In this document: positions 11,647-25,510 of the stretch, piece after piece
Numbering within the stretch: position 1 is the stretch's first letter
How the letters are laid out: every line of letters starts with the position of its first letter
Assembly: GCF_963921235.1 (NCBI RefSeq)
Contig: NC_086108.1
Span: 14,446,001 to 14,510,000, forward strand
Direction: 5' to 3'
DNA length: 64,000 bases
Source: Mobula hypostoma
Lineage: Eukaryota
Notes under the pieces: generated by a model
Databases searched by the model: none
What the model saw: only the letters and a program-made list of their open reading frames with translations
What the model was told of the DNA's origin: nothing
Translations under genes and position numbers: made by a program

Positions 11647-12135
11647 CACTTAGTGGTCACTTTATTAGGTACATTCTGGCCACTGAGTGTATGTTTGAGG
11701 TCTTCTGCTACTATAGTCCATCCACTTTAGGGTTAGACCTGTTGTGTGGTCAGAGATGTACATCTGCACACCACTGTTGTACACATGGTTATTTGAGTTA
11801 CTGTTGCCTTCCTGTCAGCTTGAACTAGTCTGGCCATTCTCCTCTGACCTCTGTCATTAACAGGGTGCTTCCGCCCACAGAACTGCTACTAACAAACTCT
11901 AGAGACTGTTGTGTTTGAAAGTACCAGGAGGTCAACAGTTTCTGAGATACCAACAATCATTCCATAGTCAAAGTCACTTAGATCACATGTCTTCCCCTTT
12001 CTGATGTTTGGTTTGAACCAGAATTGAACCTCTTGACCATGTCTGCAGGCTTTTATGCATTGAATTGCTGCCACGTGATTGGCTGATTAAATTTTTACAT
12101 TAATGTGAAGGTGTACCTAATAAAGTGGCCACTGA
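11647..12135 (-). mobile_element. Internally deleted Tc1-like element
   Basis: TIRs cacttagtggtcactttattaggtaca / tgtacctaataaagtggccactga with TA on the left; ORF 11889-12074 includes GKTCDLSDFDYGMIVG..ISETVDLL..S.TTVSRV (Tc1 paired-like N-terminus). Confidence 0.8.
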
Positions 12136-12841
12136 AACCTTACCTGAAACCCATGCCGTCTAATCATAGATGATACCGTAAATAGAAAATGTTAATCTGT
12201 GCTCCTCATAGATTTGCATACCTGAATCAAGAAATCTTTAGCCATTTCTCTTCCAAGGATCAAGCTCATTGAATCTGGCCTTTCCTCACAGCTGAAGTGC
12301 TCCATCCCAGACGACGTACTGTTGAATTCCCTCTCCTCCCTCTCCAGTATACCTGCATAGCCACCTTATCTCCCCTTGCTGCTGCCCTTTAGGGTTGTTA
12401 GGATATACACTAAGGTTCCTCTGTTCCTCAGTGTTTCCTTGGATTTTACTATTCATTATATACATCCTGGCCTTTTTCAGTATTCTCAGGATTAAGTTTC
12501 ATCTGCTAGTGCCCTGCCCATTTTACCAAATGTTCATATCATATGTAGCCCAAGTCAACCCTTCCATGTTCACATCCAGATGAATAATGTATAAAACGAT
12601 TAGGTTCAGCACTGATCCTGCACGACAGCATTGGACAAGGGCTTCCAGTTGCAAATACAACCTCTCCAAAAGTTTCAATCAAATTAATTGACCCAATTTT
12701 TCCCTTCTATTATATGTCATAGCCTTCAACTACAAAACAAAATCTCTCCACCATTACATTCTGCTTGCTCTCTTCCTGCTGTCACCATTAATTTTGCCAA
12801 ATGGTTGTGGATTACATGGACTCTTCTGTTAAAGTCGAATC

Positions 12842-13342
12842 TGAATAAAACTCGGGAGACTAGCTTCTCATAGTTACAACAGTTTATTGTGCACTCTCTT
12901 GCAGGAGTTTGACACCCAGTTGTCAAAGGGAAGGCATATAAGTACTGCCACCATCCGACAAGTGGGCCTATTCCCTCAAGTTACAGACGTATATTTTTAC
13001 ATAGTAAGCTCCATACATTACTGTTGCAAGATGTTATTTGAACTGGTACGCCCACCAAGTCTGTTGATGCAAAACTTAGTTACAGATAAGAGACTCCACT
13101 AAATCAAGGCTTAATTACAGATGGATGTGCTGTCCAGTCCTTATCAGTTATTCCCTTTGCTAGGCCCTGACTTAATTACAGATGGATGTTCATTCCTGTC
13201 CTTATCAGTGAGTCCTCCTCCCCTACTCAAACGAGGGTACAGTGTACAATGTTATCAAGCTCTCAGTGTCTCTATGCAAGCTGGGGAGAACTTAGCTGAC
13301 TGCTGAAGGCACGGTATAATTCAGTTCAAAAATTCCTATTCA
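12842..13342 (-). mobile_element. Possible solo LTR (ERV-like)
   Basis: Termini tgaata...tattca, AATAAA on the - strand near 12883-12888, internal direct repeat cttaattacagatggatgt...gtccttatcagt (about 13110-13148 and 13171-13209). No TSD found. Confidence 0.35.
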
Positions 13343-14227
13343 GTCCCAATTATTCTTTTAGCCAGAGGTTACATAGGTTCAAAATGATTTTTTTATATCC
13401 TCAATTCCTCACTTTTCCATGTGAGTTTTGAGTTATGTGTTTTGGACTACATCAATCACACCAGACTCATCTCCATAATTAGTTGTCTCTTTGAAAACCT
13501 CAGCCAAGTTAATCACACTGTGTCTTCCCTCAACAAGAGCCATGCAGATTATCCTTGACTGTGACCCTCCGAGTGCAGATTAATATCACAAGATTTTTCC
13601 AAAGATTTCCCTACCATTGTTGTTGGATACTGCCTAGACTTCGATGGCATTTCTCCTTCTGTGGTGAATAAAGGCACTGTTTGTGCTACCTTCCAGTCAT
13701 CTGTCACCTCCTTTGTGGCCAGTGAAAATTTAAAAGTCTCCCCTTCCTCTCAAAGCAGGCTGAGATAGGACCCAGAAGAGTACAGTACAAGTCCAGGCCC
13801 TTCAGCCCATCATGACTGTACCAACCATAATGCAAAATTAATCTAATCCCATCTGCCAGCACATGTAAATTGCTGTGCCCCTGTCCATGTGTCTGTCCAA
13901 ACACCACTGTCATATCCGATCCTCTCATTTCTCCTGAAAGCTCATTCCAGGAACCCATAATTTTTATTTTAAAAAAAACTTACTCCATTCATTTCCTTTA
14001 AACTTTTCCCTTCTCAACCTAAGCCTATGTCCTCTGGTGTTTGATATTCTACCCTGAGAAAAAGATTTTGACTATCTACCTTATCTAGGCCTCACACCAT
14101 TGAATGTACTTCCATCAGGTCTTGCCTCAGCTTCTGAGGCTCCAGAGTTTCAGAGTCAGAATCAGGTTTATTATCAATGGCATATGTCAGAGAATGTGTT
14201 GTTTTGTTGCAACAGTACATTGCAATA

Positions 14228-14778
14228 CAGGTGCCCCCTGCTTTCTGAATGTTCTCTTTACGACATTTCGCTTTTATGAAAGACCTGCATTAGTACCTGT
14301 TTTCGTTAACCGAAAGAGGATTTTCGCTTTTACGAAAAAGACGCTCACTTTAAACTTGTGTTTACCCCGAGAAAGACTACCATGACCATAAAGCCTTGCA
14401 TGGGCAGGTGTGTGCGCATGCATGACGTGCGAATGCGTGTACGTATGAATCTGTGACGTGCATATGCGTGTACGTTGCAATTTTTTTTAACGAATCGATT
14501 TTGGCTCAAACTTCCCAATTCTGGTAAGTGAATACTACACTGTTTTCTACTTTATGTAGGCTGTGTATTTATCATATCATTCCTGCTTTCACTATATGTT
14601 AGTGTTATTTTAGGTTTTATGTGCTATTTGGTATGATTGGTAGGTTATTTTTTGAGTCTGGGAACGCTCAAAAATTTTCCCATATAAATTAATGGTAATT
14701 GCTTCTTCGCTTTACGCCATTTCAGCTTATGAACGGTTTCATGGGAACGCTGTACATTCGGATAACGGGGGAATCCTG
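14228..14778. mobile_element. Tigger/pogo-like non-autonomous DNA transposon
   Basis: TA|caggtgcccCCtgctttctgaatgt ... acattcggataacgggggaatcctg|TA; imperfect TIRs with TA TSD; inserted in a LINE 3' fragment. Confidence 0.7.
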
Positions 14779-15524
14779 TACATGATAATCATGAACAATA
14801 AATTACAATGAGAAGTACATATAAAGAAACTTAAATAAGTAGTGCAAAAAAAGGAGAAATTAATAGTGAGATAGTGTTCATGGGTTCATTGTCCATTCAG
14901 AAATCTGATGGTGAAGGGGAAGAAGCTGTTTTTGAAACATTGAGTGTGTGCCTTCGGGCTCCTTTACCTCCTCCTTGACGGCAGCAATGTTTGTCCAACT
15001 TCTTCTATCTGTCTATACCTGCTATGCAGCTTCTTCTTAATCAGAACCTCAATATCTCTTGAAAACCAAGGTTTCCTAAACTGTATCCATGCCTTTTAGA
15101 AATATACAAACTCTGCCTTACCCATTACATTCCTTGTATTAAAATATAAAAACCAGACCATCATTCCTTGCGTAGTTATTAACCTGCCATTCCTGTTTTT
15201 AGTTACTAATACATTTATTTGACACCTCCATTTTCTCAATCAATCCACTGCTCCCCTCCTGGTCCAGTTCCCACCCTACCCTACCATCCTAGCTCACCAG
15301 GCTTGGAGATTTATCTACTTATAAGTTCAGTAAAGTATCTAACATTTCCTTTCATCCAATAGGAATATATTCTAGAACTCCATCAACAATGTATTTCTTT
15401 ATAGTGAGTACAGACAAGAAACACTCATTTAAGATTTAGTTTAATTTGCCATTGTGGTCAGTGTAAACATTATGGACTAAAGGGCCTTTTCATGTGATGC
15501 ACTGTTCTTTTTTTAAATATATCA

Positions 15525-15790
15525 TCGAATAGGCCCTTCCAGTCCTTCGAGCCGCACCGCCCAGCAATCCCCCAATTTAATGCTAGACTAATCACGGGAC
15601 AATTTACAGTGATCAATTAACCTACCAAATGGTACATCTTTGGACTGTGGGAGAAAACCAGAGCACTCGGAGGAAACCCATATGTTCACGGGGAGAATGT
15701 ACAAACTCTTACAGGCAGCGGTGGGAATTGAACCTGGGTCGCCTGTACAGTACCGTAAAGCGTCGTGCTAACTACTACGCTACTGTGTCA
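15525..15790 (-). mobile_element. V-type tRNA-derived SINE
   Basis: Same family as 11270-11490 (gtagcgtagtagttagcacgacgct...ggttcaattccc; tctcccacagtccaaagatgtacc). Confidence 0.75.
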
Positions 15791-15989
15791 CCCTTTGTCC
15801 TGAGATGTTACCAGCATCCTCCATCGCTGTTTAATGTCCAAAGTAAATTTATTGTCAAATTACATAGATATCCATATACTACCATATGTCACTGATTCAT
15901 TTTCTTGTGGACATTCACAGTGGATACAAATAAACACAATAGAATGAATTAAAAACTATATACAAAGGCAGACAAATAACCAATGTGCA

Positions 15990-16308
15990 AAGTCAGAGGC
16001 CTTTTCCCAGGGTTGAAATGGCTAACATGAGAGGTCATAGTTTTAAAGTGCTTGGAAGCAGGTACAGAGGAGATGTCAGGGGTAAGTTTTTTATGCAGAG
16101 AATGGTGAGTGTGTGGAATGGGCTGCCAGCGACGTTGGTGGAGGCAGATACAATAGCGTCTTTTAAGAGACTACTGGATAGATACATGGAGCTTGGAAAA
16201 ATATAGAGCTATGGGTAACCCTAGGTAATTTCTGAAGTAAGTACATGTTCGGCACAGCATTGTGGGCCAAAGGGCCTGTATTGTGCTGTAGATTTTCTAT
16301 GTTTCTAT
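15990..16308 (+). mobile_element. CR1 3' end
   Basis: RGHSFKV..FFMQRMVSVWNGLP and tail ttctatgtttcta; same subfamily as 30170-30480. Confidence 0.8.
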
Positions 16309-18159
16309 GACAACAAATTGTGCAAATTCAAAAAAGAAAAACAAAAATAAATAAATAAATAAATTGATTATTTTGAGAACATGAGTTGTAGAGACCTTGA
16401 AAGTGAGTTCACAGTTTGTGGACATCAGTCCAGTGTTGATTGAGTGAGCCTGATGATTGAGGATAATATCTGTCCAGGAATCCGGTGGTGTGGGACCTTA
16501 TGCTCTTGTACTTCCTTTCTGGTGACAGCAGTGAAGAAAGGGCAAGGCCTGGATGGTGGAGGTCCTTGATGCACTAAGGAGTTCCCAGTCTATGTCTGGG
16601 AAGTTGAAGTCAACCAACAATAATAACCCTGTTATTTTTGCTCCTTTCAATAATTTGCCTGCATATCTGCTCCACAGTGTCCCTAGGGGTCTATAGTATC
16701 AATATCCTATGGGATCTATAGTATAAATCCATGAGTGATGGCATCTTTCTTATTTTTGAGTTCTATTCATATAGACTCATTCAATGAGTGTTCCATTTCT
16801 TCCCCACTAAGCACAGCTGTGACGCCAGACTAGTAAGGCAATCCCTCCCCTTTTTTCACTCACTGCCCTCTCTCTTCTATAACATCAAAACCTAAAGAAT
16901 TAGTCCATTCCTCCTTACAACCAGATCTCTAATTGTCACAGCATAGATTCATGTTCTAAGAGCACCACCTTCACTCTCAATGCTCCTTGCATTGGAATAC
17001 ACACACCTCAATCCATCTGTTGTTTGTATCCCCTACCTCCTGTTTATCCTTCATGACCATATTGCTGCTTATGGCATATTACTTATTCCCTCTATTCTGT
17101 GATCTGGTGTTCTCGTTCCCATTTCGCTGCCAGTCTAGTTTAATAAAGTGTCTTTTTGAAAAAAAATGTTGAGACTACTCCTTTATTAGGCATCCTTTTC
17201 ATTTAAGGATTTCTAATGTAATATATGTTCATAGAGAATAAAGAAATTTTTCTTTAAAGGTCTTCCATTATTAACTACATTACCTATTCATCTCTTCTCC
17301 ATCCACTTTGGCTATAATGGCCTTCATTCTGTTGAATTGCCTTTATTTAAATCAATGTTCATCATCCTCGGGCTGAATGTGAAGTCCTGTCATGTTATGA
17401 TCACTGAGGCTCCTTTCCCTCCTGAAATCATTAATTAATCCAGTCTCATTACACATGGCCAGATTTAAAACAGATTGTTCTCTGAATGGTTCTATTCTCA
17501 GAGGCTGTCCTGATTACACTCTGAGCTTATCCTCAAGCTTTACTTTCCCAATTTGATTTGACTCTTCTACATGAAAATTAAACTCACCTAAGATTATTGT
17601 GTTAGCTTTCTTGCAAATCTTCATCATTTATTAATTCTCTCTTTTGTCCAATTAATAACTGTGCTTTCTTTCCCTTGGTATTTCTTTTCTATGTCCTAAT
17701 CCTAAACTCCCAAGCCAGCCTTACTGTACAGTTCCCATCCTTGAATAACATTACTACCACACCTCCTTTCCCTTTGTCCCTATGCTCCCAAATTGTCGAC
17801 GACCCCCAGAATATTCAGTTCACAGCACTGATCTCCTTATATCTATGTGCCTTTGATGAATCACAGACCATAACTATTTATTTCAATTTGTTTCATTAGT
17901 TCATGTATCTCATTATTAATGTTGTGTGCAATCAATTTTCCACAAGTTGATCCTTGTTGGAGATGCACAGGTATCTTTCTGCACACTATTCCTGGGATCA
18001 CCAGCTGTGTGGCCAACCTACACTGTTGTCTTGTCCTTTACCTTACACTTTACAAATTTATCCTCAAGTATCTGCTCATCCCTCACAGTGTAGTTTCAAG
18101 CCTGAAGCCTTGTGATCTGTCCCAACTTAGCCAATCTCCACGTGTTCAGGAGATTTAAG

Positions 18160-18625
18160 AGACTGTAGGTGCGGAAATCTGGAACAAGGAACAAACTGCT
18201 GGAGGAGCTCGCGGATGGCTGGAGGAACTCCAATTACTCAGTTTCATTTCCATCCCCCACTTGGTTCCATCTGTACATCATCCCTCTCTATCTGGTTCAA
18301 CTCATCACCTCCAAGTTTCTTTTCCTTCCTCCACCCTCTGCAGCCCACAACTAGCCCCTTTTTTTCTCTCTCCTTAGCTGTCTTTACCCATTATCCACCA
18401 GCCACCATTTACCAACTCTGTTCTTCCCTCTCTCCCACCTGGTTCTATATACCCATTATCTCCCTCCTCACCTGGTTCCACTGATCACCTGTCAGCCTCT
18501 GCCTCACCCCTCCCTCTACACCCCCAGTCCTGATGAAGGTTCTTGATGAGAGACGTCGACCGTCCTTTTCCCTCCACAGATGCTGCCTGACCTGCTGAGA
18601 CTCTTCAGCAGTTTGCTACTTGTTC
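18160..18625 (+). mobile_element. Old Penelope-derived element: inverted tail, C-rich tract, decayed hammerhead (18526-18561)
   Basis: 5' gactgtaggtgcggaaatctgga...aaactgctggaggagctc is the inverse of the 3' tail cctgctgagactcttcagcagtttg; agtcCTGATGA...GAGAcgtcgacc has GAAA mutated to GAGA. Confidence 0.65.
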
Positions 18626-18774
18626 TGTATGTTTGGAGACAGGGACAGGTCTTCAAACACTTCAGGAGAGTTTCCCACTGGATTTTAGTTTCCCTGTCTG
18701 GTATATGTCAATCCTGATGACGAGCAAGAGACTGGGTTGGCACCAGCACTAACTCTTCTCTCTGCTTCTCCCAG

Positions 18775-18890
18775 TGAATTCGCCAAGGAGCGGGAGAGGG
18801 TGGAAAATAGGAGGTCGTTCCTGAAGCTCCGGCGGCAGCAACAGATTGAGCGGGAGCTAAATGGATATCGGGCCTGGATCGACAAAGCAG
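18775..18890 (+). CDS. CACNA1E: Cav2.3 coding exon containing the alpha-interaction domain (AID) and the QxxER G-beta-gamma motif
   Basis: Branch point cactaac (18747-18753), pyrimidine tract, ccag|T GAA TTC...AAA GCA G|gtgac; 116 bp, phase fits previous exon; (G)[48 protein letters not shown] is the Cav2.3 form of the AID. Confidence 0.95.
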
Positions 18891-19565
18891 GTGACCTCTC
18901 GGGGGTGGAGAGAAACTGATAGAAGGTCACTGAGTTTGGTTTTGGTATTAGTATTGGTATATTGTTGTTACATGTACAGAGTCACAGTGAAAAGTTTGTC
19001 TTACGTGTGTTTACTCAGATCAAAGTTCAAAGTAAGTCTTTTATCAAAGTACATATATGTCACTAGATACAACCCTGAGATTCATTTTCTTGCGGGCATA
19101 CTCAATAAATCTATATTAGAATTATAACCATAATAGAACCAATGAAAGATGACACCAACTCGGGCATTCAACCAGTGTTCAAAAGATAACAAACTCTGCA
19201 AATACAAAGAGAAAGAAATAATAATAAATAAATAAGCAATAAGCATCGAAAACATGAAATAAAGAGTCCTTAAAAATGAGTCCATAGGTTGTGGGAATAT
19301 TTCAATGCTGGGGCAAGTGAAGTTATCACCTTTGCTTCAAGAGTCTAATCATTGAGGGGTAATAGCTGTTCCTGAACAGGTGTTGTGAGTCCTGAAGCTC
19401 CTTTACCTTCTTCCTGATGGCAGTAGCGAGAAGAGAGCATGGCCTGGATGGTGTGGGTCCCCGATGATGGAGCTGCTTTCTTGGACAGTGCTCCATGAGG
19501 ATGTACTCATTGGTGGGGAGGGCTTTACCATGATGGTCTGGGCCATATCTGCTGTTTTGTAGGAT

Positions 19566-20370
19566 TTACTGTAGGGGGTCTAGTTTGGGTGGTAGCAAGC
19601 TGCAGATGTAATCCTTGACCAGCCTCTCAAAGCATTTGCTTATTATTGAGGTGAGTGTGACAGGATGCCAGTCGTTCAGACATGTTGCCTTGGTCTTTTT
19701 AGGTACAGGGACAATAGTGGATAATTTGAAGCAGGAGGGCACTCTACACTGGGAGAGGGAGAGATTAAAAATGTCTGTAAACACACCTGCCAGTTGTGCT
19801 GTGCACATCTTAAGTACTTCCCTTGGGACAGCCTTGCGACTGGCCACTCGTTGGAAACATCTGCATACCTCATCCTCAGAGATGACCAAGTTGCAGGTTG
19901 TAGCGGTGGCTTTCCTCAGAGGCTCAGAGTTAGCAACATCGAACTAGCATAAAAGCGATTGAGCTCATCTGGGAGAGACACCGCGATGTTGGCGGCACCA
20001 CAATGTTTGGCTTTGAAGTCTGCGATGGTATGCAGCCTTTGCCAGAAGTCATGTGTGCTATTTGTTGTGAATCTTGACTCAATCTTCTCCCTATTTTGTT
20101 GTTTCGCAGACTTGATAGCTTTGCGCAGATCATAGCTGCTTTTCTTGAGCTCTAGTTGATTTCCAGCGATGTAAGCTCGATATCGCTCTGTAAGTGCTGC
20201 TCGCACAGAACTATTGATCCAGGGTTTCTGGTTCAGGAAGACCCTGACCGACTTCTGGGGGACAACATCATCGATGCACTTCTGGATGAGGCACATGACT
20301 CCATCGGCGAACTTGGAGACATCCTCATCATGGAAGACTTTCCAGTTGACGTCATCAAAGCAGTGTGGAT
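19566..20370 (-). mobile_element. Rex1/Babar-type LINE internal fragment
   Basis: ORFs 19566-19889 and 19916-20296: NQKPWINSSVR, VFTDIFNLSL..VPSCFK.STIVPVPKK, PVTLTSIISKCFERLV, LDPLQ. Confidence 0.8.
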
Positions 20371-22173
20371 ATAACTTCGAGTTTACTTTAACATATCATA
20401 TGGTAGCATGGTAACGTATGCAATTAACATATTTATCCAATTAATCTGTAATTAATTATTTTCAATGAACAAGAATGGTTAATCAACCAATATATATAAG
20501 ATTAATCAAATATTACAGAATATTTCATTCATAACTCACTCCCTGCATCGCTATAAACTCCAAATCAGTAGAGAATGCTTCTCAACTACATACACAGAAT
20601 ATTATTATATACAGACATCCACACCGTAGTAAATTTCAAATTTCCCATTCAGGCCTAAAGATTTCATCACTGTGGTAGATTTCTTACTCTTGTGGGATAG
20701 CATCTATTCCGACAAGGGAGATCATTGCTTGGCTGGTGAGACATACCGTTGTGAACCAATCTCAGGTTCTGGGGCCTCCTCCGGGGTGATTGTAGGAGTT
20801 GTTTCTGACACTGCAGGAAGTAACTCTGACAGCAGTCGCCACCTTTTCTCTCTAGCAATTAACCCTGCTGTCCTCTACTGATCAATGTGTCACCTCTAAA
20901 TGATATCAGACACAATCTCCACTGCGTAGAAGAGTGGTTCAGTTCTGCCCTTAATGGTTCCGAGTACCCCCTTGTGGTCACCTCTGTAGCCCCTCACCAG
21001 AACTATTTGTCTAGGAGTGAAACATCAAGCTCCTTGTTTATGGAGCCTTCAATTTGTCTCAGCTGCTGGCCCTACATACCCCTTCTGAGATTGAGTTTGA
21101 GGAAACCAACGCCTGAACACAAGGGACATCCCAAGAACAGCATAGCTGGTGAGTTGTTGGCTGTGGAGTGTACTGCATTCTGTATGCAAGGAGGAAATTG
21201 ACAAGCTTTTGGTTCAGTGTTGGTGCAGTGTGTTCTGCTGATATTGCTGGCTGCGTATTCTTTAGATACTGGTCCACCCTTTCTGCCAAGCCATTTGAGC
21301 TGGGTGGGACAGTGCAGATATAACATGTCTTACTCCATTCACTTTTAGGAATGACTGAAACTGTTCTGCCACAAACTGTGGTCCATTGTCACTGACTTAA
21401 GTATTCTGTAACACCAGTATTTGAGAAGAGGCTTCTCAATGCATCAGTAGTGTGTGAGACTGTGGTGGAGTCTATTGGGAACACTTCTGGCCATTTTATA
21501 GTTGCATCTACTACTACCAAGAAATTTGTGCCCACGAATAGTCTGGCAAAATCCACATGGATCTTCCGCCAGAGCAATGCAGGCCATTTGCAGTGTTGGA
21601 GAGACGTTGCTCTTGGCATTTTCTTGACAGGTTGGTATCCCATGTCGAGCTGCTTGGTCTGCTGATGTATCACAGCCAAAGCTTTCATTTTAACAACACC
21701 CGCAGGACCACATTTAGCTCCTCCAACACATTAGCTCTCAGCTTGATAGTACAACCACTCTCTATCTCCAAATAAGCCAACATACGTCAAGGGCAAGTTC
21801 ATCCCGGTGCTGGTAAAAATGAGGGAACTGGAATTTCTGTTGTACATTTCAGCTATTTTGAATGGTCATGTAGACTTGAGACAGTGTAGGATCTTTTCTG
21901 GTTTCCAGAAGAAGACAACACTACCAAAGGCACATCCTCTAGATGGGTTATGGAGCAATTCCTTTCTGCTACTGTTAGAGCCTGTTATCTGGCGGTGGGG
22001 GGGTAGGGTTGCTGTTTTTCTTTGAATGTGTTGTTTCCATGGTTCTTATTTGTTTTGGGACTGCCTATGGGGAAGACTGATTTCAGGGTTGTATACTGCA
22101 TATCTACGTTGATAATAAATATACTTTGAACTTTGGATCATCTCTGTGTAACGCTCAGTTATATTGGTTCGTA

Positions 22174-25100
22174 TATAGAAACATAGAAACATAGAAAATA
22201 GGTGCAGGAGTAGGCCATTTGGCCCTTCGAGCCTGCACCACCATTTATTATGATCATGGCTGATCATCCAACTCAGAACCCCACCCCAGCCTTCCCTCCA
22301 TACCCCCTGACCCCCGTAGCCACAAGGGCCATCTCTAACTCCCTCTTAAATATAGCCAATGAACTGGCCTCAACTGTTTCCTGTGGCAGAGAATTCCACA
22401 GATTCACCACTCTCTGTGTGAAGAAGTTTCTCCTAATCTCGGTCCTAAAAGGCTTCCCCTCTATCCTCAAACTGTGGCCCCTCGTTCTGGACTTCCCCAA
22501 CATCGGGAACAATCTTCCTGCATCTAGCCTGTCCTATTCCCTTTAGGATTTTATACGTTTCAATCAGATCCCCCCTCAATCTTCTAAATTCAAGAGAGTA
22601 TAAGCCTAGTTCATCTAGTCTTTCTTCATATGAAAGTCCTGCCATCCCAGGAATCAATCTGGTGAACCTTCTTTGTACTCCCTCTATGGCAAGGATGTCT
22701 TTCCTCAGATTAGGGGATCAAAACTGCACACAATACTCCAGGTGTGGTCTCACCAAGGCCTTGTACAACTGCAGTAGTACCTCCCTGCTCCTGTACTCGA
22801 ATCCTCTCGCTATAAATGCCAGCATACCATTCGCCTTTTTCACCGCCTGCTGTACCTGCATGCCCACTTTCAATGACTGGTGTATAATGACACCCAAGTC
22901 TCGTTGCACCTCCCCTTTTCGGCCACCATTCAGATAATAATCTGTTTTCCTGTTTTTGCCACCAAAGTGGATAACTTCACATTTATCCACATTAAATTGC
23001 ATCTGCCATGAATTTGCCCACTCACCCAACCTATCCAAGTCACCCTGCATCCTCTTAGCATCCTCCTCACAGCTAACACTGCCGCCCAGCTTCATGTCAT
23101 CTGCAAACTTGGAGATGCTGCATTTAATTCCCTCATCCAAGTCATTAATATATATTGTAAACAACTGGGGTCCCAGCACTGAGCCTTGCGGTACCCCACT
23201 AGTCACTGCCTGCCATTCTGAAAAGAACCCGTTTATTCCCACTCTTTGCTTCCTGTCTGCTAACCAATTCTCTATCCATATCAATACCTTACCCCCAACA
23301 CCGTGTGCTTTAAGTTTGCACACTAATCTCCTGTGTGGGACCTTGTCAAAAGCCTTTTGAAAATCCAAATATACCACATCCACTGGTTCTCCCCTACCCA
23401 CTCTACTAGTTACATCCTCAAAAAATTCTATGAGATTCGTCAGACATGATTTTCCTTTCACAAATCCATGCTGACTTTGTCCGATGATTTCACCGCTTTC
23501 CAAATGTGCTGTTATCACATCTTTGATAACTGACTCCAGCAGTTTCCCCACCACCGACGTTAGGCTAACCGGTCTATAATTCCCCAGTTTCTCTCTCCCT
23601 CCTTTTTTAAAAAGTGGGGTTACGTTAGCCACCCTCCAATCCTCAGGAACTAGTCCAGAATCTAACGAGTTTTGAAAAATTATCACTAATGCATCCACTA
23701 TTTCTTGGGCTACTTCCTTAAGCACTCTGGGATGCAGACCATCTGGCCCTGGGGATTTATCTGCCTTTAATCCCTTCAATTTACCTAACACCACTTCCCT
23801 ACTAACATGTATTTCGCTCAGTACCTCCATCTCACTGGACCCTCTGTCCCCTACTATTTCTGGAAGATTATTATGTCCTCCTTAGTGAAGACAGAACCAA
23901 AGTAATTATCCAATTGGTCTGCCATGTCCTTGCTCCCCATAATCAATTCACCTGTTTCTGTCTGTAGGGGACCTACATTTGTCTTTACCAGTCTTTTCCT
24001 TTTTACATATCTATAAAAGCTTTTACAGTCAGTTTTTATGTTCCCTGCCAGTTTTCTCATATAATCTTTTTTCCCCTTCCTAATTAAGCCCTTTGTCCTC
24101 CTCTGTTGAACTCTGAATTTCTCCCAGTCCTCAGGTGAGCCACTTTTTCTGGCTAATTTGTATGCTTCTTCTTCGGAATTGATACTATCCCTAATTTCTC
24201 TTGTCAGCCACGGGTGCACTACCTTCCTTGATTTATTCTTTTGCAAAACTGGAATGAACAATTGTTGTAGTTCATCCATGCGATCTTTAAACGCTTGCCA
24301 TTGCATATCCACCGTCAATCCTTTAAGTGTCATTTGCCAGTCTATCTTAGCTAATTCACGTCTCATACCTTCAAAGTTACCCCTCTTTAAGTTCAGAACC
24401 TTTGTTTCTGAATTAACTATGTCACTCTCCATCTTAATGAAGAATTCCTCCATATTATGGTCACTCTCACCCAAGGGGCCTCTCACGACAAGATTGCTAA
24501 TCAACCTTTCCTCATTGCTCAAAACCCAGTCCAGAATAGCCTGCTCTCTTGTTGGTTCCTCGACATGTTGGTTCAAAAAACCATCCCGCATACATTCCAA
24601 GAAATCCTCTTCCTCAGCACCTTTACCAATTTGGTTCACCCAATCTACATGTAGATTGAAGTCACCCATTATAACTGCTGTTCCTTTATTGCACACATTT
24701 CTAATTTCCTGTTTAATACCATCTCCGACCTCACTATTACTGTTAGGTGGCCTGTACACAACTCCCACCAGCGTTTTCTGCCCCTTAGTGTTACGCAGCT
24801 CTACCCATATCGATTCCACATCTTCCCGGCTTATGTCCTTCCTTTATTGCGTTAATCTCATCTTTAACCAGCAACGCCACCCCACCTCCCCTTCCTTCAT
24901 GTCTATCCCTCCTGAATATTGAATATCCCTGAACGTTGAGCTCTCATCCTTGGTCACCCTGGAGCCATGTCTCTGTGATCCCAACTATATCATAATCGTT
25001 AATAACAATCTGCACTTTCAATTCATCCACCTTGTTACGAATGCTCCTTGCATTGACACACAAAGCCTTCAGGCGCTCTTTTACAACTCTCTTAGCCCTT

Positions 25101-25505
25101 ATACAATTATGTTGAAAAGTGGCCCTTTTTAATGCTTGCCCTGGATTTGTCGGCCTGCCACTTTTACTTTTCTCCTTACTACTTTTTGCTTCTACCCTCA
25201 CTTTACACCCCTGTCTCTCTGCACTGGTTCCCATCCCCCTGTTGTGAACTAACCTCCTCACGCCTAGCCTCTTTAATTTGATTCCCACCCCCCAACCATT
25301 CTAGTTTAAAGTCACCTCAGTAGCCCTCGCTAATCTCCCTGCCAGGATATTGGTCCCCCTAGGATTCAAGTGTAACCCGTCCTTTTTGTACAGGTCACGC
25401 CTGCGCCAAAAGAGGTCCCAATGATCCAAAAACTTGAATCCCTGCCTCCTGCTCCAATCCCTCAGCCACGCATTTATCCTCCACCTCATCGCATTCCTAC
25501 TGTCA
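22174..25505 (-). mobile_element. Young CR1 LINE, 5'-truncated within ORF1, with nearly intact ORF2
   Basis: ORF1 SGNH esterase end (DLYKKDGLHLN, 25301-25489); EN (NARSIRNK..TETW, GDFN, SDH) 23854-25288; RT 22718-23830 ([25 protein letters not shown]); (ttctatgt)n tail. Confidence 0.95.
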
Positions 25506-25510
25506 CGTGA

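Noticed and set aside
18715..18735. CTGATGA just upstream of the AID exon branch point as a hammerhead core
   Set aside because: No stem II, GAAA or stem I partner follows.
24158..24922. 254-aa + strand ORF and similar ORFs (22956-23360, 44804-45442, 48719-49150)
   Set aside because: Antisense or alternative-frame shadows of CR1, PLE and Rex ORFs with no independent protein motifs.
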